This document shows positions 28,520 through 36,056 of a stretch of 64,000 bases of DNA, piece by piece. The notes below the pieces were generated by a model. That model saw only the letters and a list, made by a program, of their open reading frames with translations, ran no database searches and had not been told where the DNA came from. The translations under genes and the position numbers were made by a program. The stretch is from an uncultured beta proteobacterium (lineage in GTDB: Bacteria; Pseudomonadota; Gammaproteobacteria; Burkholderiales; SG8-39): assembly GCA_963735025.1 (NCBI GenBank), contig CAVTJG010000020.1:64502-128501 (forward strand). The letters run 5' to 3'. The first letter of the stretch is position 1. Each line of letters begins with the position of its first letter.

Positions 28520-28720
28520 ATGGTCGAGTCGAGGATCGTCCGAATCGCCTTGATCGCGTCCCTTGTAGGCGTGGTCCTGGCCGGATTCACCGGCTGCAGC
28601 AGGATTCAGGAGCCATGGGACAGGACGGGCCACTTCGAGAAGGACCGTGCGCGCACCGAGGCTCAGAACACCGAATTGCGGCAGCGGGCGCTCGAGCAGG
28701 CCGACCGCACCTATGGCTAG
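28520..28720 (+). CDS. 66-aa lipoprotein (lipobox FTGC)
   Basis: Tail of ORF 28214..28720: MVESRIVRIALIASLVGVVLAGFTGCSRIQ..., with GGAGGA upstream. Confidence 0.55.
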   Translation: MVESRIVRIALIASLVGVVLAGFTGCSRIQEPWDRTGHFEKDRARTEAQNTELRQRALEQADRTYG

Positions 28721-29849
28721 CACCGATGACGATGTCCGTGCCGTCGATCGAACGAGAATGGAGGCAAACGCCATGAGCGCACCCAGACAGGCCTCGCGGG
28801 CGCGACGCGTTATTGTCGTGATCGGGATGCTCGCCATGATCATCGGCGGGGCGTTCGTGCTGCCGCTCGCGAGCTACGTCGTCACCGATCTCGTCGCGCC
28901 CGCCTTGGCCCAGGGCTTCGACGAAGGGAAGAATCCGCGCGCGAACTACTGGCGCAACGTGCGCGAGGGCGACAAGGGCTACACCGCCGCATCGGGGCCG
29001 TATACGGTTCCCGTGCTGATCCAGAACGGGGGCGAGACCTATCGCGAGATCCGCAATGGGCCGATTGCCAGCATCGCGCCGTGGGTGCTCGCGGGCATCC
29101 TGGCGGCGATCGCGCTGTTCCACTTCCTGGTCGGTCCGCAGAAGCCGAAGGAACCGCCGTCCGGCCGGAAGATGCCCCGCTGGTCGCTGGGCGAACGGGT
29201 GATGCACTGGTATGTCGCGATCCTGTTCATCATCCTCGCGATCACGGGCTTGAGCCTGCTGTTCGGCAGAGCGGTCCTGATTCCGGTAGTCGGATTGAGC
29301 GCATTCTCGATCTACGCAGAGTTCGCGAAGACGGTCCACAACTATCTCGGTCCGTTCTTCATGGCCGGCGTGATCGTCGAGATCGTCGTCTGGATCCGCT
29401 ACAACCTGTTCAACCGCGAGGACCTCGACTGGCTCGCCCGGCTCGGCGGCATGTTCGGCGGGAAGCATCCGCATGCGGGGCGGATGAACGGCGGCGAGAA
29501 GGTCTGGTTCTGGTTCATTGCCACCGCCGGGCTGATCGGCGTATGCGTGACCGGCCTGATCCTGGACTTCCCGATTCTCGGGCAGGATCGCGCCACCATG
29601 CAGCTCACGCAGATCCTGCACGCAATCCTTGCGTTGCTCTGGATCGGGATCTCGCTCGGCCACATCTACCTGGGCGTCTGGGGCACACCGGGCGCGCTCG
29701 AAGGCATGACGGACGGAACGGTCAGCGAGGAATGGATGAAGCTGCACCACGACCGCTGGTACGAGAAGTTGAAGCAAGAGGGCGCGGGCGCGGCCGAACC
29801 GGCGCCGCCGGAGACTCCCGAAGGGCATGCCCCGCCGCGCCCGGTCTGA
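28713..29849 (+). CDS. formate dehydrogenase cytochrome b (gamma) subunit with extended N-terminal domain
   Basis: ORF 28647..29849. TM helices carry conserved His residues (RVMHWYVAILF, TVHNYLG, ILHAILALLW, LGHIYLG). The start is uncertain (28713, 28758 or 28773). Confidence 0.85.
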   Translation: MASTDDDVRAVDRTRMEANAMSAPRQASRARRVIVVIGMLAMIIGGAFVLPLASYVVTDLVAPALAQGFDEGKNPRANYWRNVREGDKGYTAASGPYTVPVLIQNGGETYREIRNGPIASIAPWVLAGILAAIALFHFLVGPQKPKEPPSGRKMPRWSLGERVMHWYVAILFIILAITGLSLLFGRAVLIPVVGLSAFSIYAEFAKTVHNYLGPFFMAGVIVEIVVWIRYNLFNREDLDWLARLGGMFGGKHPHAGRMNGGEKVWFWFIATAGLIGVCVTGLILDFPILGQDRATMQLTQILHAILALLWIGISLGHIYLGVWGTPGALEGMTDGTVSEEWMKLHHDRWYEKLKQEGAGAAEPAPPETPEGHAPPRPV

Positions 29850-29867
29850 ACGCGCAGCGGTTGGCAG

Positions 29868-30653
29868 GTGGTGCCGAACGCCGACGCCAGTCGAGCCGCC
29901 TCGCGCGCGCTGCCGGCAGTCCTGAGCGGCCTCGTCTTTGGTGTCGCACTCGTTGCGCCTTGGCCGCTTCACGCCCAGACAGCGAAGGGCTGGCTGCGGG
30001 CATTGCGACACGAGGACACAGCAAAGCTCTCACAGCTCACGACGGAAGGCGCGGACGTCAACCGGACGGCCGCCGACGGGCGCTCGGCGCTGATGCTCGC
30101 CGCGAAGCACGGTGACCTGCGGCTCGCGCTGGCACTCATCGCCGCAGACGCAAAGATCGACGCCGCCAACTCTCGCGGCGGAACGGCGTTGATGTACGCC
30201 GTCGCGAGCGGCGAGTTCGCCATCGCCGAGGCGCTGCTTGCCCGTGGCGCCGCAGTCGATGCCAGGAGCACGACCGGCTGGACCGCTTTGACGATCGCAA
30301 GCGCCAAGGGCCATGACCACATCGCGAGGGCGCTGCTCGACGCGGGAGCCGATCCCGACGTGCAGGACATCTATGGCTACACGCCGCTCGCGCGCGCGAT
30401 CGCGGAGCGTCACATCGCGGTCGTCAGGACGCTGCTCGACACGGGAAAAGTCGACCTCGACACGCGCACCGAGCTCGGCATGACACCGTTGCATCTCGCC
30501 GCGCTCGATGGATCGACGGACATGGCACGCCTGCTTCTCCTGCACGGAGCGTCGGTGAACGCCGTCGATGCGGAAGGCCGCACACCAGCCATGCTCGCTG
30601 CCGCGGCGGGACATCCCGACGTCGCGAAGCTGATCGAGTCCCACGGTCGATGA
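29868..30653 (+). CDS. secreted ankyrin-repeat protein
   Basis: ORF 29868..30653. It has a signal-like N-terminus followed by about six ANK repeats (GRSALMLAAKHGDL, GGTALMYAVASGE, GWTALTIASAKGH, GYTPLARAIAERH, GMTPLHLAALDGS, GRTPAMLAAAAGH). Confidence 0.85.
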   Translation: MVPNADASRAASRALPAVLSGLVFGVALVAPWPLHAQTAKGWLRALRHEDTAKLSQLTTEGADVNRTAADGRSALMLAAKHGDLRLALALIAADAKIDAANSRGGTALMYAVASGEFAIAEALLARGAAVDARSTTGWTALTIASAKGHDHIARALLDAGADPDVQDIYGYTPLARAIAERHIAVVRTLLDTGKVDLDTRTELGMTPLHLAALDGSTDMARLLLLHGASVNAVDAEGRTPAMLAAAAGHPDVAKLIESHGR

Positions 30654-30966
30654 GTCGGCGATGACCATGCAGCAATCTCCCGAACCGGACGCCCGAGGCG
30701 TATTCGCCACACCCCCCGGGTGTCGCCGGACGCTGGTTCATCTCTACCAGGGCGGCGAATACGGCCTGGTGGACGTCTTCGAGCTTTTCGGCCTCGGGGA
30801 GCTCCATCGTGATGTACAGGAAGGGGTCGCCCTTTCGCTGGCTGCGAGAGAGCTTGCGGAGCTCAAGGTCCTGGCCGATGCGTACAGCTTCGATCACGAC
30901 GAAGGGTTCATCGCGATGTGCCTCGACCTTCACCGGTTCGCGACCGCAGCACCAGCGGATCGCCAT
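30424..30966 (-). CDS. hypothetical protein (3' part doubtful)
   Basis: ORF 30424..30966. Only the first ~100 aa fall outside the ankyrin gene. The last 230 nt overlap it antisense, so the true end is unclear. Confidence 0.25.
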   Translation of the reverse strand: MAIRWCCGREPVKVEAHRDEPFVVIEAVRIGQDLELRKLSRSQRKGDPFLYITMELPEAEKLEDVHQAVFAALVEMNQRPATPGGCGEYASGVRFGRLLHGHRRLIDRGTRSASRRRDVPPRQRAWLVCGLPHRRRSPTLRAGEAGVPCPSIHRARRDATVSCRARCACRGRLFPCRAAS

Positions 30967-31047
30967 CGTTTCGATGCCAACTTCTAGCAGGCCGCAGATC
31001 TTCCGCCCCTCGGGAGAAAATGGCGAAAGAGCCCGCCCGGCACTGCT

Positions 31048-32310
31048 TCAGCTGCCGGCCTTCTCGACCTCCTCGCGCACTTTGGCAACCTCGTCCGCAT
31101 TGGTACGCGGAGCGCGATTGCCCCAGGCGTTGCGGATATAGTTCACGAGATCGGCCACCTGCTGGTCGTCGAATTTCCAGCCGTACGCGGGCATTGCGAG
31201 CCCGGTGGGCCTGCCGCTGGTCTTGGCCGCTTGCGCACCGGCAAGGATGATGTGCGCCAACGTGTCGCCGCGTTCGGCCTGGATCGACGAGCTTCCCTTG
31301 AGCGCAGGGAATACGCCGGCGAGCCCGTCGCCGTCTTCCATGTGACATCCAGTGCAATTGTCAAGATACAGCGCTGCGCCGCGCGCCAGCGCCGCGCGAT
31401 CGCTATCGCTGGCCGACGACTCGCGCGCCGCCATTGATTCATCGTGCTCGGCCGGCAACGCCTTCAGATAGACCGCGATCGCCTGCAGATCCGCGTCGTC
31501 GAGATGTTGGGTCGAATGACGCACGACATCGGCCATTGGGCCGGCAGCGGTGGTATGTTCATTTGCACCGCTTTTCAGGTACTCGATGATCTGCGCGGCG
31601 GTCCAGCCGCCGAGGCCCGAGCGCAGGCCGCCGCTCAAGCTCGGGGCGTACCAGCGCTCACCGAAGGAGCCGCCCTCGAGCCGCTGATCGCGCTTGGGGG
31701 CGCCGAGCAGGTTCTTATCGGTGTGGCAAGCGCCGCAATGACCCAGTCCTTCGACCAGATACGCGCCGCGGTTCCAGTCTGCCGACTTGTCGCTGCGCGG
31801 CACGTACTCGCCCTCGTGTAGATACAGGGCGTTCCAGCCTCTCATCGCCGCACGCACGCTCAGCGGCCATGGCAGCTCGGGTGCGCGGTTTTCTTGTCGG
31901 ACCGGCTCGAGGGTGTCGAGGTAGGCCTTCATCGCGCGGATGTCTGCGCGGCCAACTTTCGTGAACCAGGGGTAAGGGAAGGCGGGATACAGGAGCGCGC
32001 CGTCGCGGCGCACGCCGTGGTGCATCGCATTGTAGAAATCCGCGTCGGAGTACTTGCCAATGCCGGTCTGCGGATCGGGTGTGATATTGGTCGAGTAGAT
32101 CGTGCCGAACGGCGTTGCCATCGCCAGTCCGCCGGCGAAGGGTTTGCCGCCCGGATTGGTGTGACACGCCGCGCAGTCGCCAGCGGCGACTAGGTAGCGC
32201 CCTCTTTCGATGGTGGTATACGTCCTGCCCTGGGCGACGAGATCGGTCGGAGCGAGCAGCAGCGCCGCGAGAACGCCGGCAAGCCAGAGCGCTGGGTGCG
32301 ATGTGCGCAT
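31048..32310 (-). CDS. triheme cytochrome c subunit of a membrane-bound FAD dehydrogenase (gluconate 2-dehydrogenase-like)
   Basis: ORF 31048..32310. Signal peptide plus three CxxCH motifs (CAACH, CGACH, CTGCH). Confidence 0.9.
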   Translation of the reverse strand: MRTSHPALWLAGVLAALLLAPTDLVAQGRTYTTIERGRYLVAAGDCAACHTNPGGKPFAGGLAMATPFGTIYSTNITPDPQTGIGKYSDADFYNAMHHGVRRDGALLYPAFPYPWFTKVGRADIRAMKAYLDTLEPVRQENRAPELPWPLSVRAAMRGWNALYLHEGEYVPRSDKSADWNRGAYLVEGLGHCGACHTDKNLLGAPKRDQRLEGGSFGERWYAPSLSGGLRSGLGGWTAAQIIEYLKSGANEHTTAAGPMADVVRHSTQHLDDADLQAIAVYLKALPAEHDESMAARESSASDSDRAALARGAALYLDNCTGCHMEDGDGLAGVFPALKGSSSIQAERGDTLAHIILAGAQAAKTSGRPTGLAMPAYGWKFDDQQVADLVNYIRNAWGNRAPRTNADEVAKVREEVEKAGS

Positions 32311-32335
32311 TGCGATGCTCCTTCTCGCCCCCCGG

Positions 32336-34108
32336 TCACACCTCGATCAGCGGCCGTCCGGGGCTCTTCAGATACCGATTGCGAATTGCGTCGGCGGCCC
32401 AGTACGTGAGCGCACCCACCGTGCCGGTCGGGTTGTATCCGGGGTTCTGTGGAAACACCGAGGCACCCATCACGAACAGGTTCGAAACGTCCCACGACTG
32501 CAGGTAGCGATTGACGACGCTGGTTTGCGGGTCGGCGCCCATCACCGCGCCGCCCGTGTTGTGAGTGGTCTGGTAGGGAGCGATCCGATAGTGGCCCTTG
32601 CGGTAGTTCTTCTCCATCGAGCGCGGCTTCATCGCGTGCGCTATCTTGGCGGCCTGATCGGTCAGGAATTTCGACATCCTGATCTCATTGTCATGGAAAT
32701 CGAAGGTCATTCGCAGCAGCGGGTTGCCGTAGTCGTCGCGATAGGTCGGATCGAGATCGAGATACGAACCGCGATAGCTCATCACGCTGCCGTGGGTGGC
32801 GATTGATGCGCTGCGCTGATAGTTCTCGTGTCTTGCCTTCTTCCAGGCACTGCCCCATTTCGGCGTGCCCGCAGGCACGAGGTTTTGCTGGAGGATCGGC
32901 CGCCCGCCAGTTGTCCAGAGCGCGATGTAGCCGCCGCCGATGAACCCATGCGGCCCATGGTCGAAGTTGTCGCCGTTGAACTCGTCGATGGCCTGGCCAA
33001 GCGCGCCGGCGCCCATGAAAGGGTTGAGATTCTGCTCGTTCACGAAAACGTGCACCGAAGACGTGATCTGGTAGGCGTAGTTGCGTCCGACCGCCCCTAC
33101 GCCGAATCGCGGATCGTAGGGCTTGCCGATTCCGGAGAGCAGCAGCAGATGGACGTTGTGGTGCGCGTACGCGCAAAGTATCACCAGCTCCGCCGGCTGC
33201 TCGAACTCGCGGCCGTTGACGTCCACGTAAGTGACGCCGGTCGCGCGCTTTCCCGAGGCATCGAGATTCACGCGCGTGACGTTGCACAACGTTCGCAATG
33301 AGAAATTGTCCTTCTCGACAAGCACGGGCAGGATCGTCGTCTGCGGCGACGCCTTCGAATAATTGCCGCATCCGAACCATTCGCAGAATCCGCAATAGGT
33401 GCACTGTCCCATCTGCACGCCATACGGATTGCGGTAGGGACGCGAGGTATTGGCAGCCGGGCACGGAAAGGGCTGAAAACCCGCTTCGCGCGCGGCCTTG
33501 TCGAACAGCACCGTCGCATAGCTGCGCTCGAGCGGCGGCAATGGGTAGTCGCGCTGGCGCTGTCCCTCGAACGGATTGCCGCCGGGCTGCAGCGCGCCTT
33601 TCAGGTTGCCGGCCTTTCCGGAGACGCCGCAAAGATACTCGAAGCGGTCGTAGAATGGCTCGAGCTCGTCATAGGTAACGCCCCAATCCTGCAAGGTCAT
33701 GTCCTGCGGGATGAATTTCTTGCCGTAACGCCGCTCGATGTGTGTGCGTGCGAGGAAGTCGCTCGGCAGGAAGCGCCAGCACTGGCCGTTCCAGTGCACG
33801 CCGGCGCCGCCGACGCCTGATCCCGGATTGAACGAGCCGAGATGACGCATCGGCAGTGCAGTCTGCTCGATTGAATTCCGAAAGGTGAGCGTTTCCCGCG
33901 CGAGCTCCTCGAAGAGGCCGTTGCGCACCGCATAGCGAAGTTCGTCTTGAATGTGCGTCGGCGCGAAGTCGGGCACCGTATCGCGTGTTTTGCCGCGTTC
34001 GATCGCGAGCACCCGCATCCCGGCGTCGGTCAGCTCCTGCGCCAGGATCGACGCGGTCCAGCCGAAGCCGACCAGGACCACGTCCACCGGCTCGAGTTTG
34101 GTGGCCAT
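32336..34108 (-). CDS. GMC-family FAD dehydrogenase large subunit (gluconate 2-dehydrogenase-like)
   Basis: Internal Met (MATKLEPVDVVLVGFGWTASILA) of ORF 32336..34159 with a GGGAGG RBS. The pattern is that of a GMC oxidoreductase. Confidence 0.9.
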   Translation of the reverse strand: MATKLEPVDVVLVGFGWTASILAQELTDAGMRVLAIERGKTRDTVPDFAPTHIQDELRYAVRNGLFEELARETLTFRNSIEQTALPMRHLGSFNPGSGVGGAGVHWNGQCWRFLPSDFLARTHIERRYGKKFIPQDMTLQDWGVTYDELEPFYDRFEYLCGVSGKAGNLKGALQPGGNPFEGQRQRDYPLPPLERSYATVLFDKAAREAGFQPFPCPAANTSRPYRNPYGVQMGQCTYCGFCEWFGCGNYSKASPQTTILPVLVEKDNFSLRTLCNVTRVNLDASGKRATGVTYVDVNGREFEQPAELVILCAYAHHNVHLLLLSGIGKPYDPRFGVGAVGRNYAYQITSSVHVFVNEQNLNPFMGAGALGQAIDEFNGDNFDHGPHGFIGGGYIALWTTGGRPILQQNLVPAGTPKWGSAWKKARHENYQRSASIATHGSVMSYRGSYLDLDPTYRDDYGNPLLRMTFDFHDNEIRMSKFLTDQAAKIAHAMKPRSMEKNYRKGHYRIAPYQTTHNTGGAVMGADPQTSVVNRYLQSWDVSNLFVMGASVFPQNPGYNPTGTVGALTYWAADAIRNRYLKSPGRPLIEV

Positions 34109-34112
34109 CGCC

Positions 34113-34844
34113 TCAGCCTCCCTGGCGTGGCCGCGCGCCGCTTCGACCCGCGAGACCAACCGTCGGTTCCGTGTAGGGCTTGCCGTGCTGGCGGATCTCG
34201 ATCACATAGTTGTAGCGAGGTCCCGGAAAACCGAGCAACTTCCAGCCGGCGAAATCGCGATTTCCGCCGTAGATGGGATCGGCAAAGTATCCCTCATTCG
34301 TGTTCTGCAGCAGCATGTGGAAGAACTCCTTCGCCGGCAAGCCGTTCAGTGCGATCTCGCCCTGTTCGAGCCCGTGCAGCACCTCGTCCTGCGCCGACGC
34401 CGTCAGCTGGGCAAACGACTTGCCGGCCCGCGTTTTCCGGCAATGCTCGTCGACGGCGGCAATCGCCGCGCGATAGAGCTGTGCGGGCGTCAGCTTCAGT
34501 TGGTAACCCTGCTCGTCGGTTCCTTCTTTCCAGGGTCCCTGCATGTACCAGGCCTCACCACGGCCGAAAGGCCCCGCCAGCTGTTGGTCGATAAAGAACG
34601 CGACGCCGGCCTCGAGCGCGCCCGGCCCGAGCGCGTCGGCCGGAATCAAGCGTCCGACCGCGGCCTTGAGAAAGTCGATCTCTGGTGCGGCTGCCCAACT
34701 GAACGACTCCGCGACCGGTGGCGGCAACAACGACTGCGCCACTGCTGCCGTGGCTGCGCGGGGCGCGAACCAGAAGGCCGCGCCCACGGCGCCAGCGGCA
34801 GCAGCGGCCTTGCGGAACAGCTCGCGGCGCGTGAGGCGAGGCAT
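34113..34844 (-). CDS. Tat-signal small (gamma) subunit of the FAD dehydrogenase
   Basis: Internal Met (MPRLTRRELFRKAAAAAGAVGA) of ORF 34113..35162. The gene order gamma-alpha-cytochrome c is as in gluconate 2-dehydrogenases. Confidence 0.85.
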   Translation of the reverse strand: MPRLTRRELFRKAAAAAGAVGAAFWFAPRAATAAVAQSLLPPPVAESFSWAAAPEIDFLKAAVGRLIPADALGPGALEAGVAFFIDQQLAGPFGRGEAWYMQGPWKEGTDEQGYQLKLTPAQLYRAAIAAVDEHCRKTRAGKSFAQLTASAQDEVLHGLEQGEIALNGLPAKEFFHMLLQNTNEGYFADPIYGGNRDFAGWKLLGFPGPRYNYVIEIRQHGKPYTEPTVGLAGRSGARPRQGG

Positions 34845-34886
34845 GGTGCAGACTCTCTCAGAGGGCAAGGAACATCGACGGTGAAG

Positions 34887-34900
34887 GCAAACGTCATGCC
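34887..34900 (-). promoter_or_regulatory. sigma-54 promoter candidate for the sugar dehydrogenase operon
   Basis: The reverse strand reads GGCATGACGTTTGC. The -12 C lies 42 nt before the ATG at 34844. Confidence 0.7.
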
Positions 34901-34940
34901 CGGAATGGGATCGACGCCTCTGATCCAAACCTGGCGCAAC

Positions 34941-35281
34941 CCGGGCGTCGGCTGCCCGGTCTTCGGCCTGCAGAAATTGTCGGCGCCACCACCGGTAACG
35001 CTTACACGGAGCCTCGGCCGACCGGAAATGGCCGAGGCTGGTCGGAGCGCATCCTGGCGGCAACAAGACCTGCGCGCAAGGCTCTTTCTCTTGCGAAATA
35101 CAGGCACGCCCCGGGCGTCGGCTGCCCGATCTTCGGCAAGCGGAAATTGCCGGCGCCACCACCGGTAACGCTTACGCGGAGCCTCGGCCGACCGGAAATG
35201 GCCGAGGCTGGTCGGAGCGCATACTGGCGGCAAGAAGACCTGCGCGCGAGGCTCTCGCGGTGCGAAATGCAGGCACGCCCC
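34941..35281. repeat. tandem direct repeat, 2 x ~170 bp (~90% identical by eye), each with a perfect 10-bp dyad
   Basis: Copy 1 starts CCGGGCGTCGGCTGCCCG at 34941 and copy 2 at 35111. Dyads AGCCTCGGCC-N10-GGCCGAGGCT lie at 35010..35039 and 35180..35209. Confidence 0.85.
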
Positions 35282-35285
35282 TTGC
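35272..35285 (+). promoter_or_regulatory. sigma-54 promoter candidate for the act (ACIII) operon
   Basis: GGCACGCCCCTTGC lies at the right edge of repeat copy 2, 120 nt upstream of the actA ATG. Confidence 0.65.
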
Positions 35286-35405
35286 GTGAGCGGTCGTGCG
35301 CAAGTGTCTGTAGCGCCGGGACGAAACATCGCATGACGCAGGGTCGGCTGGCTTCTCGCCGCGCCGCCCCCGGCCCAATCCGGCGGCGAGAGAGCTATCA
35401 AGTAA

Positions 35406-36056
35406 ATGCCGCAGATATTCCGCCCGTCCACGGGGCTCGTCCTCAACCTCGTGCTGCTCGCAGGCGTGGCAGTGATGGCAGCACTGGTCTTCGCGTGGCG
35501 GGAGGCGATCGCTGATCGGTACGGCATCGGGGACCCGGTCCCGCAGCCGGTGCCGTTCAGCCACAAGCACCACGTGGCAGAGGAGGGCATCGACTGCCGC
35601 TACTGCCACAGCGACGTGGAGCAATCAGCCTTTGCCGGGATTCCCGCAAACGATGTCTGCATGACGTGTCATTCGGTCCTGTTCCGCGACGCGTCCGTGC
35701 TGGCACCGCTACGCGCGAGCTTCCGCGGCGGCAAGCCGCTCGCGTGGAGGCGGGTGAACAAACTGCCCGATTTCGTCTACTTCGATCACGGCATCCACGT
35801 CGCGAAAGGCGTGGGTTGCGTCACCTGCCACGGCCGGGTCGACCAGATGCCACTCACGTGGCGCGCTCGCTCCCTGGCCATGCAGTGGTGCCTGCAATGC
35901 CACCGCCATCCCGAGCAGCACGTCCGTCCACGCGAGCACGTGTTCGAGATGGCCTGGCAACCGCCGCCGGACCGCGCTGCGCTCGGACGAAGGCTCGTCG
36001 CCGAGTACGGCATCCACGCTGATCGCGTGACCGACTGCTCGGTCTGCCATCGCTGA
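35406..36056 (+). CDS. actA: alternative complex III pentaheme cytochrome c subunit
   Basis: ORF 35406..36056. N-terminal TM and five CxxCH motifs (CRYCH, CMTCH, CVTCH, CLQCH, CSVCH). Confidence 0.9.
   Translation: MPQIFRPSTGLVLNLVLLAGVAVMAALVFAWREAIADRYGIGDPVPQPVPFSHKHHVAEEGIDCRYCHSDVEQSAFAGIPANDVCMTCHSVLFRDASVLAPLRASFRGGKPLAWRRVNKLPDFVYFDHGIHVAKGVGCVTCHGRVDQMPLTWRARSLAMQWCLQCHRHPEQHVRPREHVFEMAWQPPPDRAALGRRLVAEYGIHADRVTDCSVCHR

Noticed and set aside
34941-35281. Considered the 170-bp direct repeats as a CRISPR-like array or minisatellite.
   Set aside because: There are only two copies, with no unique spacers. The unit is far longer than a CRISPR repeat, and no cas genes are present.
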